Assembly: GCA_001819815.1 (NCBI GenBank)
Contig: MHNO01000009.1
Location: 71,734 to 135,733, forward strand
DNA: 64,000 bases
Origin: Candidatus Ryanbacteria bacterium RIFCSPHIGHO2_02_FULL_45_17b
GTDB taxonomy: Bacteria; Patescibacteriota; Minisyncoccia; Ryanbacterales; 2-02-FULL-48-12
Direction: 5' to 3'
The notes under the pieces are model-generated. The model worked only from the letters and a program-made list of their open reading frames with translations. It did no database searches and was not told where the DNA came from. A program made the position numbers and the translations under genes. Numbering within the stretch: the stretch's first letter is position 1; each line of letters begins with the position of its first letter. Positions 9,790-19,847 of this stretch are shown here, piece after piece.

Positions 9790-9880
9790 GACAAAAAACC
9801 ACGTGCCTGCCCCTGCAACAAGCGCCGCGCAAACAACAAGGATTGTTTTTACGGATGATCTTATATATTTGAAAAAACTC

Positions 9881-10555
9881 TTAGTACGTCTTCCAATAGG
9901 AGATGTTTGCTTCTGCTTTTGTAGCGCTCAACCATGCTGAGAACGCGGAAGAAAATTTTTGCTGGCGCAGTGTATCTCGTACTATTTTCTTCTGTTCTTC
10001 AGCTGAATTTGTAGGAGATAGGAAACTTTTATTTTGTTCCGTGTATGCCTTTATTTCCTCTTCAGAAACAACAAGCTGATCTTCCAAAAGCCGCTCCGCG
10101 AGTTTTTGCATGCGAATGGTTTTTCGCACTTGTTCAATGGTGACATTCTCTGCCTTCAGCGCATCCTCTAAGGTCATATTCTGCGAGCTCAAACTCGCAC
10201 GTATATCCGATAAAGCTCCCTCAATATCTTCGTCGCTCACTACAATTCCTAACTCCGTGGCTCTCTTTTCTACAAGCGTCTGATTCACAAGCGCATCAAG
10301 CACTTGCGCCCCTGACTGGTTTTCCAACTCGCGCACAACCGCGAAACGGCTAATAGGAGTTCCATCTATGAGCGCTACAACAAATGTGCTCCTGAATACA
10401 TATAAAAGCGCGAGAACAATAATAATCACAACAAGCGCCACTGCCCAACGCACCAAATGTCTTTTGGGCGCAGGTAGTAATGGAACACCCGGCACTACTT
10501 CTTCTTTTGCGTACGGAGGAACTTGTGTTTCCTCTAGAATGTGAATTGGATCCAT
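9881..10555 (-). CDS. membrane-anchored SurA-N-like chaperone domain protein
   Basis: N-terminal TM helix, then a helical SurA_N-like region (ALIDGTPISRFAVVRELENQSG...). Confidence 0.5.
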   Translation of the reverse strand: MDPIHILEETQVPPYAKEEVVPGVPLLPAPKRHLVRWAVALVVIIIVLALLYVFRSTFVVALIDGTPISRFAVVRELENQSGAQVLDALVNQTLVEKRATELGIVVSDEDIEGALSDIRASLSSQNMTLEDALKAENVTIEQVRKTIRMQKLAERLLEDQLVVSEEEIKAYTEQNKSFLSPTNSAEEQKKIVRDTLRQQKFSSAFSAWLSATKAEANISYWKTY

Positions 10556-10667
10556 ATAGTATTACTATGCTTATATTTTTTTGTTCCGCGAATAAACCGC
10601 CATTAGCAAAATCAAAATATGTCTCCATGGTGTCACAATAAAAAAACAAAGTCAAATCCTGTACATA

Positions 10668-11609
10668 TCAGCCTGTAAACCCTGTCCTTATCAACGCATC
10701 TTCAAACATAATACGTTTTACTCCATAGGGCTTCAAAAACTGTTCTTCGTGTTCCATAAGCATTTTACATTGGTCAGCCGCAATAACAGCTTCAGAGTTA
10801 TTTTGTGAGAGAGCTGTATGTACTCTATTTGCGAGTATAGCAATGCTTTCCGTAAACCATTTTTGCATTCCTTCCGGATTTTCACGTAACTTTTCCGCGT
10901 ACTTCATACGTTCCGCGATAGAAGCGCCACATAACGCATGGACATGCGTGTGTTCCTTCTCTAACAGTTTTTGCTCATCCACGGACGTTATAAGTCGAAT
11001 AGCAACACCCGGAAAACCGCCCGCGAGCCGTGCTACGCGAGCCGCTTGTTCCGAAGAAAGCCGATGTTCTTTTTCAAGACCCGCAGCAAGCGCGCTCTCA
11101 GATAATGGCCAAAACCGTACATGCCACACACGTGAACGAATGGTCTGGAGCACATCATCTGCTGTACACGCGAGAAGCAAAAACAGCACCCGCCCGCGTG
11201 GCTCCTCCAACACTTTCAAAAACGCGTTTGCCGCTTCGCGCGTTATGCGAGAAATATCCCGAATTATAAAAACACGTGTTCCGCCATACGCCGACAAAGC
11301 GGCTTGTTCCCGCACCTGTTGAATATCCTCCAAATGAAGAGTGGTTTCTCCTGTCTGTTCGGCATCAACCACTACCATATCTGGATGCGTTCCCGCCTTC
11401 GTCATTACGCACGCGCGGCACATTCCGCATGAAAATAGTGTTTCCGTTCCGGTTTCTTTTTTTTCACACAGCAACGCGGCGGCAACTTTTTTAGCAAACG
11501 CCATTTTCCCCACATGCCGCGCACCCGAAAAAAGATACGCGTGGGACATAGTGCCCGAACGCATATGAATATCAAGTAATTGTAATTGACGGTAGTGACC
11601 AATAATCAT
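10668..11609 (-). CDS. holB: DNA polymerase III subunit delta prime
   Basis: HAYLFSGARHVGK P-loop-like motif, CGMCRAC zinc module, SRVW sensor. Start at MIIGHYRQL. Confidence 0.75.
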   Translation of the reverse strand: MIIGHYRQLQLLDIHMRSGTMSHAYLFSGARHVGKMAFAKKVAAALLCEKKETGTETLFSCGMCRACVMTKAGTHPDMVVVDAEQTGETTLHLEDIQQVREQAALSAYGGTRVFIIRDISRITREAANAFLKVLEEPRGRVLFLLLACTADDVLQTIRSRVWHVRFWPLSESALAAGLEKEHRLSSEQAARVARLAGGFPGVAIRLITSVDEQKLLEKEHTHVHALCGASIAERMKYAEKLRENPEGMQKWFTESIAILANRVHTALSQNNSEAVIAADQCKMLMEHEEQFLKPYGVKRIMFEDALIRTGFTG

Positions 11610-12658
11610 GAGCGTATCATACCAAACAAAAACAGCCCCTGCGAACAAGAGCTGTTTTAAAATTCCACGTCTCAATCTATTACTTGTCTAACAGACTAGG
11701 ATGTGGAGGGCAGATGGTTTCAATACCTGCCCTATACTCACTAGTTATATGAAACAAAAACAGCGAGCCAGTCATATGTCTGAACTTTCCCATCTTGGAC
11801 CCACGCCTTTCGACATGGGACCAATTCGACTGCCGTCACGTTGGACGGCAGCCAGTAAGGAAGGGCTGCAAACAAAACATCTGTAAAGTGCTTGAACATC
11901 TTTCTCTCCTCCTTCAGGTGAGATTGTAATTTCCGACCGCGATTCAAGTATAACTTTATAAATTACCCCAATCGCAACCGGGAACGTGTATGGTTCAAAG
12001 AACTTTCCTCTCAGAATCTTTATCTTGGGTTTGGTCCTTTGACTTTGCTCAGGATAAAAATTCAGTCAAGGAGGGAAAGATGTTTACAAAGATGTCTCTG
12101 CAAACTTCCTTGGTAACGGCATTCCGATATAATCGGAACTTTCCCTCAGCCGAAACTTTTTACGGTGGTGTTTTCCCACCTTGGTTTCTTCACCTCATTC
12201 GTGGCTCCTTTCGGAAAGGACAGGAAACTCTACTTTAGTCTCCTGCCAGTCTATCTTGTCCCATCTGCAGAATCGCTATCCTCTCCACGAGGATAGTTAA
12301 AACGAGCGTCCCTCTCACACCCTCCCCCAAGAATATGGAGAGGATTGCGGTTACAACCCCGACCCCCACGATGTTTGCAAACGAGTTGACCCCCGTCTTT
12401 CCGTGGAAAGTGTCAACTGTACTTTTTATCACCATACAAAGAAAGTACAGCGCCACTGCGAACAAACAAACATCTACAAACGTAACACTAAACGTAATAC
12501 CAGGCATCTTCTCCTCCTCGTCCGAACGTCGGGACCACGGTTTTTGGCATGAAATTAAGGGACTTTCTATCTGCCTAAATTATAACAATATATGCTACAA
12601 AAGTCAATAGAACCATGCCCACAACAATAAATACCCTTATTTTACAAGGGTATTTATA

Positions 12659-13672
12659 CTATCTTTTTGCCACCATACTTCTCTTGTACACGTCCAAATG
12701 ATCCAGCGCTTCTCCGGCGCCACGCGCAACGCAAAGCGCGGCATCTTTTGCCACGCGCGCGGGAACTCCCGTGGAGCGAAACACAAGCTCGTCGATATTC
12801 CGCAATAACGAGCCGCCGCCTGTCATAATAATGCCATGATCCATAACGTCTGCCGCAAGCTCCGGCGGGGTTTGTTGTAAAACGGTTTTGATGGTGCGAA
12901 CCATTTCTTGCAAGCGCTCAGAAATGGCATCCACCACGTCATTCGTAGAAAGTTCTGCTGTGCGCGGAAGACCAGTAAGAAAATCCCGCCCGCGCACTTC
13001 ATGTGTTTCTTCCTCTTCCACAGGTATAGCAGAACCAATGGCAACTTTTATTTCTTCAGCCGCACGCTCACCAATGGCAAGATTCATATGTTTTTTAATG
13101 TAATCAGCAATTGCCTGGTCAATTTTATTTCCCGCCACTTTTGCGGACGCCGCCGCCACAATACCTCCCAGCGAAATAACAGCCACATCCGTGGTACCGC
13201 CTCCGATATCTACAATCATGTAACCCGTAGGCTCATGAATGGGAATACCCGCGCCGATTGCCGCAAGTATCGGTTCTTTTATAACATAAGCAGATTTTGC
13301 CCCCGCGCGCATGGCTGCCTCCACCACCGATCTCCGTTCGGTAGACGTAACGCCTGCGGGTACCGATATCACCACTTCGGGTTTGAATATCTGAAATCGT
13401 CCGCGGGCTTTTGCAATAAAATAACGCAACATTGCTTCTGTTACGCGATAATCCGCGATAGCGCCGTCGCGCATAGGCTGATACGCGATAATATGTTCGG
13501 GTGTGCGTCCTACCATCACTTTTGCCTCGTTCCCAACCGCAAGAACTTTATTTTCAATCGTGGAAACAGCAACTACCGACGGTTCGTTGATAACAACGCC
13601 GCGCCCGGGTACAAACACAAGCGTGTTTGCCGTACCCAAATCTATGCCAAGTTTTGTAATAAAATTAAACAT
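12659..13672 (-). CDS. mreB: rod shape-determining protein MreB
   Basis: Actin-fold motifs (IDLGTANTLVF, DIGGGTTDVAV). Start at MFNFITK. Confidence 0.9.
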   Translation of the reverse strand: MFNFITKLGIDLGTANTLVFVPGRGVVINEPSVVAVSTIENKVLAVGNEAKVMVGRTPEHIIAYQPMRDGAIADYRVTEAMLRYFIAKARGRFQIFKPEVVISVPAGVTSTERRSVVEAAMRAGAKSAYVIKEPILAAIGAGIPIHEPTGYMIVDIGGGTTDVAVISLGGIVAAASAKVAGNKIDQAIADYIKKHMNLAIGERAAEEIKVAIGSAIPVEEEETHEVRGRDFLTGLPRTAELSTNDVVDAISERLQEMVRTIKTVLQQTPPELAADVMDHGIIMTGGGSLLRNIDELVFRSTGVPARVAKDAALCVARGAGEALDHLDVYKRSMVAKR

Positions 13673-13691
13673 AGCAGCACCTGATGCCTGA

Positions 13692-14954
13692 CTATTCTCT
13701 CTTAATATCCGCTCCCACCGCTTGCAAGCGTTCATCTAATTTCTCATACCCTCTGTCAATTTGATACACATTACTGACGCGTGAAGTACCGCGAGCCACA
13801 AGTGCAGCAATTACAAACGCCATACCCGCTCGCAAATCCGGACTTTCAAAATTACGGGGACGTAATTTCGCGGGTCCAAATACGATAGCACGATGCAAAT
13901 CACACGGGACAATATGCGCGCCCATACGATTCAAATCTTCTACATATGCAAGACGCCCTTCAAAGAGAGTTTCAAATACCATTGATTCACCGTGTGCTTG
14001 CGTAAGAAGGACCATAAAAGGAGCTTGATAATCAGTCGCAAACCCGGGATATTCATGCGTCCGCACATTCACCGGCTGCAGTTTTGCCGCGCGCGTTATG
14101 GAAAGCCAATCTTTCCCCTGTTCGATACCCGCGCCCGCGGAACGCAAATAAGCGAGAAGTACCTCCATGTGCGCCGGATCACATTGTGTAATCTTTAGGT
14201 CTTTTCCTAAAAGAGCCGCAAGAATAGCAAAGCTCCCCGCCTCCAATCTGTCTGGTATTATCTGGCAAGTCCCGCCTTTGAGCAGTTTACCTCCCGTACC
14301 CTCGATGGAAATGATAGGCGTTCCTGCACCCTGTATACGAGCACCGCACGCATTCAAAAATTTTGCGAGCGCCGCGATTTCCGGTTCCAAAGCGGCATTT
14401 CGGAGTATTGTGCGTCCTTTTGCCAAAACAGCAGTCATCATGAGCCCCTCCGTTCCGGTATGACTCACCAAACGAAATGTGTAATCAGTACCACGCAACT
14501 CCCGAGCGCGTATATCAAATCCGGCAGAATTTTCTCGGATCACCGCGCCCATTGCGCGCCATCCTTCCAGAAAAACATCTATAGGCCGGCGCCCGATAAC
14601 ACAACCCCCCGGATGCGGAAATTGCGCCCGGCCCTCACGCGCAAGAAGCGGACCTGCAAAAAGAATGGATGGACGTATGCGTTCCGCGATAGAACGAGGA
14701 AGTTCCGTAGCAAGAGAGCGTGTGGTCGGAATAATACGAATTGAACGAGATGCCGTGTCAACCGTTTGGTACCCAACAGAAGAGAGAAGATCGCGCATAC
14801 GCGCAACGTCTTCTATAACAGGCATGTGAGTCAACACTACAGGCTCTTTACATAACAAAGCGGCTGGAAACATCTTTGTTGCATGATTTTTTGCCCCCCG
14901 AACGGGAATTTCACCGGAAAGCGTCTTGCCGCCGCGAATAATAAAATGAGACAT
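13692..14954 (-). CDS. murA: UDP-N-acetylglucosamine 1-carboxyvinyltransferase
   Basis: Full-length EPSP-synthase fold, 420 aa, classic MurA N-terminus (IIRGGKTLSGEIPVRGAKN). Confidence 0.9.
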   Translation of the reverse strand: MSHFIIRGGKTLSGEIPVRGAKNHATKMFPAALLCKEPVVLTHMPVIEDVARMRDLLSSVGYQTVDTASRSIRIIPTTRSLATELPRSIAERIRPSILFAGPLLAREGRAQFPHPGGCVIGRRPIDVFLEGWRAMGAVIRENSAGFDIRARELRGTDYTFRLVSHTGTEGLMMTAVLAKGRTILRNAALEPEIAALAKFLNACGARIQGAGTPIISIEGTGGKLLKGGTCQIIPDRLEAGSFAILAALLGKDLKITQCDPAHMEVLLAYLRSAGAGIEQGKDWLSITRAAKLQPVNVRTHEYPGFATDYQAPFMVLLTQAHGESMVFETLFEGRLAYVEDLNRMGAHIVPCDLHRAIVFGPAKLRPRNFESPDLRAGMAFVIAALVARGTSRVSNVYQIDRGYEKLDERLQAVGADIKRE

Positions 14955-14995
14955 AGCGCATTCACTCTATCACTCATATTTGCTAGCATCAAGGT

Positions 14996-16387
14996 ATGAC
15001 CTACCGTGCGCGGAAGCTCCTTTTTTTGTTCAGTATACTCGCATTCCTGACATTAAGCGGACCTCTTCTCCTCTACACATTCGGCTATCGGCTTTCACTT
15101 TCAAACTTCGACATACATAAAACGGGGGGTGTTTTTATACACACAAACCCGCCGGGGACAGACCTTGCCATTGGAGAAGTCAAGCAAACAACATCGTATC
15201 TTACCGGCAACGCGTTTATCCAAAACCTGCGCCCTGCTCCCTATACCATACGCGTATCACGTAAAAGCTATCAGTCTTGGGAAAAAACGGTTGATGTAGA
15301 AGCGCAAACGGTAACAGAATTATTTCCGGTACTCATGCCCGCCACGCCCATAATAACCGTATTGAAGACTGCGTCATCCACCGGCATGCGCGCGTCTCCC
15401 AACGCATCGCTCCTCATTCTCTATGATACAAAGAAGGCCAAACATATATATGAACTATTTGATCCCAACCTGCACAAAACACTTCCGTTCGCCGACGCAC
15501 TGTCTCAATCCCTCATAGCTTCCGTGCCACCGGATGCCGTATGGAATTGGAACGCATCAGAAACCGGTGCCCTGATAGAAACATCCGATAACTGGATCAG
15601 ACTCACGCGCCAAGACAATGTCATACGCGTCCGTTCACTCTACCGCCAAACACCGCTCGCACATATCGTGAGCAAAAAACCGCGTCTTCTGGCAGAAGAC
15701 CCGCGCAATGTAGATTCCTATTTTTTTCTTGATGGAACAAATTTTGCACGCTGGAACACAAAAACCAACGTCGCACAGCAGCTTCTCCAAAGTATCGGCG
15801 GGTTTCTTGTGGGAGACACGTATCTTATCTTGTGGGACATGCAAAGCGGCGCGCCACAAATCACAACATTTGATGCAACCCAGCCGCGGCCGTATGCCAC
15901 TTCTTCCTTTCCTATCATTACAGAAAGCAAGATGCGGGAAATAGGTAGCTATCTTTTACTTGCAAGCAAGGATAAAACGTGGCTTCTTTCAAATTCAGGC
16001 AAAAACCCATCCCAACTCTCCACAAACTCATCAAACCTTCAAAACATACTTCATACTGATGCTTACGTGCTTTGGTGGGATAATCACACTATCTCGATCC
16101 ACTGGATTGTGCCCGAGCAACAACTCCCCTCTTTCCAAAAAAGTCAGCAGGAAACACTATATGAATCGAATGAAACCATTCAAAATGTGATGCCCTATCC
16201 GGAAGAACACTATCTGATTATCCAGGAAGAGAACACGATCTATACTCTAGAACTCGACGGACGCGGCGGAACACGCAATAAACATATTCTCTATAAAGGC
16301 AACAAACCTTCTTTCTTTGCGCCACCGCATAAAAAAATACTGTACGTGTATGATAATGGGTCCCTGCTTGCGATTGAACTTCCATAG
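14996..16387 (+). CDS. hypothetical membrane-anchored protein (possible PEGA-like beta-sandwich near the N-terminus)
   Basis: N-terminal TM helix. The YTIRVSRKSYQSWEKTVDVEAQTVTEL segment resembles a PEGA domain. No other assignment. Confidence 0.45.
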   Translation: MTYRARKLLFLFSILAFLTLSGPLLLYTFGYRLSLSNFDIHKTGGVFIHTNPPGTDLAIGEVKQTTSYLTGNAFIQNLRPAPYTIRVSRKSYQSWEKTVDVEAQTVTELFPVLMPATPIITVLKTASSTGMRASPNASLLILYDTKKAKHIYELFDPNLHKTLPFADALSQSLIASVPPDAVWNWNASETGALIETSDNWIRLTRQDNVIRVRSLYRQTPLAHIVSKKPRLLAEDPRNVDSYFFLDGTNFARWNTKTNVAQQLLQSIGGFLVGDTYLILWDMQSGAPQITTFDATQPRPYATSSFPIITESKMREIGSYLLLASKDKTWLLSNSGKNPSQLSTNSSNLQNILHTDAYVLWWDNHTISIHWIVPEQQLPSFQKSQQETLYESNETIQNVMPYPEEHYLIIQEENTIYTLELDGRGGTRNKHILYKGNKPSFFAPPHKKILYVYDNGSLLAIELP

Positions 16388-16561
16388 AAAAAAGCGAGTT
16401 TTCAGGCTCGCTTTGGTTTGGTCGTGGTGGTTGGCAATCTTGCAAGAATGTGAGGTCTAACCCTCAAGTTCCAGAGAATGTCTCTTTATAAAGCCGACGC
16501 CACCACTCGCCTGCTTGCGCTCAAACACTATACCCGTTCCTAGGGTAGCACTCCTATAATT

Positions 16562-17845
16562 TTACGCAACCGCCTTTGCAATCTTCCACCCATTCCCCGC
16601 GCCAAGCGTAATGATAACATGTTGTTTCGGGGTAAAAGATAATCTCTTGCCATACATAATCGCCTCCGGAAAAGATAAGATATGTACAAGCGATTTTTTC
16701 TCTCTCCGCATAATGCCGTCTCGCAAGCGCGGTAACAAATCGGTTGGAAAATCTTCTTTGCGTTCCCGCGCGGAACTATAAATCGGCAGCAACACCACCT
16801 CGTCAACATCTTTGAAAGCGCGCGCAAAATCATTCAGTAATGCGTGTGTACGCGAATAGGTGTGCGGTTGAAACAGCGCGGTTATGCGATGTTTTGGATA
16901 TTGGCGGCGCACCGCGGCAAGTGTAGTACGAATTTCCGTCGGGTGATGCGCGTAGTCATCTATCACAATAGTTGAAGCAGTCGGGGACGTATAAAATTCC
17001 ATGCGTCGTGAAGTTCCTTCATACGCATTAAGCGACTGCCTCGCTTTTAACGCGGAAATACCAAGATATTTCGCCACACAAAGCGCAGCCGCTTTGTTGA
17101 GCTCCATGTGTCTCCCTTCTCCTTTTCTTGCGATACCGTACCACACAACGTTGCATGGAATTTTTTTGAGAATCCCTTTGAGATGTTTTTCCCCAATCAG
17201 AAGACCGTTTTGGGGAAGATACGATACGAGTTTTCGAAACGCATCTTCGTACTCTTTTTTTGTCTTAAAAAAATCAGGATGATCATGCTCAATACTTGTG
17301 AGCACAAGTATCTCCGGCCGTAATTTCAAGAACTTGTTTTGGTATTCGTCTCCCTCTGCAACCATCCACGATCCTTGACCCACGCGCGCGTTCTTTTGCC
17401 ATCGCCGCACCGTGGCTCCCACAAGCACGGTTGGGTCTAATCCGGCATCTTCCAACATAAGACCAATAAGCGCGGTAGTGGTAGTTTTGCCGTGAGTTCC
17501 GACAATCAGAATACCTCTTTTGATAGTAAATAACTCTGCAACCGCGTCACTATAATTCATAACAGGAATGCCCTTTTTGCGCGCAGTGGCTATCTCTACA
17601 TGACTATCTCCATAAGCGCTTGAACGCACTACCACATCAATTGATTTTGTGATATTCTTTTTTTGAAATCTCCGCACCCGAATGCCAAGTTTTCGTAAAA
17701 CACTGTCGGTAGAAAAGGGCTCAGTTGTGTCCGAACCCGTTACATGCTTTCCCTGGGCAACCAAAAGTTCACACAAAGCCGCCATGCCCTGGCCCTTAAT
17801 ACCCACCATATGAATCGTCTTATAATCAAGAATATGTTGCTTCAT
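16562..17845 (-). CDS. murC: UDP-N-acetylmuramate--L-alanine ligase
   Basis: Mur ligase N-terminal, central (GTHGKTTTT) and C-terminal domains. Start at MKQHILDYK. Confidence 0.85.
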   Translation of the reverse strand: MKQHILDYKTIHMVGIKGQGMAALCELLVAQGKHVTGSDTTEPFSTDSVLRKLGIRVRRFQKKNITKSIDVVVRSSAYGDSHVEIATARKKGIPVMNYSDAVAELFTIKRGILIVGTHGKTTTTALIGLMLEDAGLDPTVLVGATVRRWQKNARVGQGSWMVAEGDEYQNKFLKLRPEILVLTSIEHDHPDFFKTKKEYEDAFRKLVSYLPQNGLLIGEKHLKGILKKIPCNVVWYGIARKGEGRHMELNKAAALCVAKYLGISALKARQSLNAYEGTSRRMEFYTSPTASTIVIDDYAHHPTEIRTTLAAVRRQYPKHRITALFQPHTYSRTHALLNDFARAFKDVDEVVLLPIYSSARERKEDFPTDLLPRLRDGIMRREKKSLVHILSFPEAIMYGKRLSFTPKQHVIITLGAGNGWKIAKAVA

Positions 17846-17964
17846 GGTATAGTAGTAGTATGCTGAAAAAAGAAACAAAATCAAATAGGACGAAGGCTGC
17901 CCCACGTGCTACGAACCCAGATATATTCCGCTTTATTGATTTTTTTGTCCGCACAGGTGAAAAA

Positions 17965-18300
17965 ATGATAGGCAAAAAACCAACCATTATACGCGGAAAG
18001 GATGGCAAGCTTGTCTCTTATGCATTGCGCCGTCTCCCCGTGGGTAAATTGGAAACACTCACCGTGTGGTTCCTGGCACGCAAGAAAAACTTACAGCCCC
18101 TTATCGGCACCATGCTCTCAACACGCGTGCTTGATGAGCTTACGCGGGAAATGGATAAATCGTCGTTTTGGAAAGAAATAGATACGCTCATGGACCAATA
18201 CTACCCGCGCAAGGAAACAGTATCCATGTGGAAACCCTTTACTCATGCAGACATAACAAGCATGAAAGAAGAAGTCGCGCGTATCATGCGGAAATTCTAA
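17965..18300 (+). CDS. hypothetical protein
   Basis: ORF upstream of def on the same strand. Start taken at MIGKKPTI. Confidence 0.35.
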   Translation: MIGKKPTIIRGKDGKLVSYALRRLPVGKLETLTVWFLARKKNLQPLIGTMLSTRVLDELTREMDKSSFWKEIDTLMDQYYPRKETVSMWKPFTHADITSMKEEVARIMRKF

Positions 18301-18306
18301 CTGTAT

Positions 18307-18861
18307 ATGTCTCCTCAAAACTCAAAAAAAATTGTTACCAACCCAAACCCCGTTCTTCATAAACGGGCACTTGAGGTACCTATTGTTGAAATTACTTCCA
18401 AAAAAATCCAGCATATACTTGCGGATATGACGACGGCACTCCGCGGCACATCAGAAGGCATTGGCATTGCCGCGCCCCAAATCGGACATAGTTTGCAAAT
18501 CTTTCTTGCATCCGAAGAAGCCCTCCGGTGGGATGAGCTTGAAGACATGCCACGTGAAGATCGAAAGAAAAAACAATGGACGTATTATACATTTATAAAC
18601 CCTATCATAAGAAAAGCTTCAAAAAAGAAAACATCTGAAACAGAAGGATGTTTGAGCGTGCCTAAAACATATGGCACCGTGGAACGGTCAGAAAAAATTA
18701 CCGTAGAAGCGTATGATGAAACAGGTAAAAAGTTCCAGCGGGGCACCTCAAAATTATATGCCCGCGTCATGCAGCACGAAATAGATCACCTCAATGGCAT
18801 TTTGTTTATTGAAAAAGCAAAGAATATTAAGAACATACACGCTATAAAACCTGAAATATGA
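18307..18861 (+). CDS. def: peptide deformylase
   Basis: The three PDF motifs: GIGIAAPQIG, EGCLSVP, HEIDHLNG. Confidence 0.9.
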   Translation: MSPQNSKKIVTNPNPVLHKRALEVPIVEITSKKIQHILADMTTALRGTSEGIGIAAPQIGHSLQIFLASEEALRWDELEDMPREDRKKKQWTYYTFINPIIRKASKKKTSETEGCLSVPKTYGTVERSEKITVEAYDETGKKFQRGTSKLYARVMQHEIDHLNGILFIEKAKNIKNIHAIKPEI

Positions 18862-19847
18862 AGATAATCTTTTTCGGCACCCCTGATTTTGCTGTTACCA
18901 TTTTGAAAGCGTTGATAGACGCGCATATGTCGCCTATCGCGGTAGTAACAACTCCCGATAAACCCGCCGGACGCGGACATATCATTACAAGTCCGCCCGT
19001 AAAAACATTTGTAGAAAAATATACCATTCCTGTATTTCAACCAGAAAAACTCAAAGACGAAACTTTCTTGCATACATTGCAAAATCTCAACGCGGATGTC
19101 TTTGTTATCGCGTCTTATGGAAAAATTCTTCCCCAAAATCTTCTTGATATCCCACTCAAAGGAACTATAAATGTCCATCCATCACTGCTTCCGCGCCACC
19201 GCGGCCCATCACCCATCCAGAGCGCAATTCTCGCCGGAGATAGCACAACAGGCATAACGCTCATGCTCACAGACAAAGAGATGGATCATGGACCCATCAT
19301 TGCAACCTGTAGTTGGCACATTGCAGATAGCAATAGTACCTACGCCCAACTTCACGACAAGCTTGCTGAACTTGGTGGAGATTTGCTTGTAAAGACTTTA
19401 CCGAGATGGATTGCAGGAGAAATCACACCTCAAGAGCAACATCATCCGGAAGCAACCTATACAAAACTTCTTACAAAAGAAGACGGACACATTGATTGGA
19501 CTAAATCAGCAAAAGAAATAGACCGCATGGTGCGTGCTCTAAATCCATGGCCCGGCACTTGGTCTACACTTTCGGAGGCGAAACCTCCGATTTTTTCAAA
19601 AATCGGAGGTTTCGCCTCCGAAAGTGTTAAGCGGGTAAAAATTCTTGCCGGACATCCACTGGATGAAAAATCAACCGTGCCAGCCGGTACTATTCTCAAA
19701 ACAAAAAGCGGCCACCTTGCCGCTTGTACTAAAAATGGTCTCTATATGATCGAGATGTTGCAAGTGGAAGGAAAGAAAGCAACTCTTGGCACAAACCTCC
19801 TTAATGAACTGTCTCATTCTCAACAGGCACATCCACGCCTCTTGTAA
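18858..19847 (+). CDS. fmt: methionyl-tRNA formyltransferase (carries a 17-codon in-frame palindromic insertion)
   Basis: Formyl-transferase N-terminal domain (SLLPRHRGPSPIQ) and C-terminal domain. Overlaps def by 4 nt. Confidence 0.9.
   Translation: MKIIFFGTPDFAVTILKALIDAHMSPIAVVTTPDKPAGRGHIITSPPVKTFVEKYTIPVFQPEKLKDETFLHTLQNLNADVFVIASYGKILPQNLLDIPLKGTINVHPSLLPRHRGPSPIQSAILAGDSTTGITLMLTDKEMDHGPIIATCSWHIADSNSTYAQLHDKLAELGGDLLVKTLPRWIAGEITPQEQHHPEATYTKLLTKEDGHIDWTKSAKEIDRMVRALNPWPGTWSTLSEAKPPIFSKIGGFASESVKRVKILAGHPLDEKSTVPAGTILKTKSGHLAACTKNGLYMIEMLQVEGKKATLGTNLLNELSHSQQAHPRLL
19572..19622. repeat. 51-bp perfect palindromic element inserted in frame in fmt (copy 1)
   Basis: TCGGAGGCGAAACCTCCGATTTTTT C AAAAATCGGAGGTTTCGCCTCCGAA. 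The arms are reverse complements of each other. The element encodes SEAKPPIFSKIGGFASE. Confidence 0.7.

Noticed and set aside
11690-12650. RNase P RNA / tmRNA / SRP RNA identity for the ORF-poor region
   Set aside because: By eye I could not find the P4 GGAAAGUCCGG/ACAGAA-CCGGCUUA pair, a tmRNA T-arm with a 3' CCA, or the SRP domain-IV GGAAGCAGC. It is reported only as an unassigned structured region.
12908-13684. 258-aa plus-strand ORF (His/Cys/Arg-rich)
   Set aside because: It is antisense to mreB, whose homology is unambiguous. Low-complexity antisense frame.
16540-16833. 97-aa minus-strand ORF overlapping the murC 3' region in another frame
   Set aside because: It is fully embedded in murC coding sequence. 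Frame artefact.
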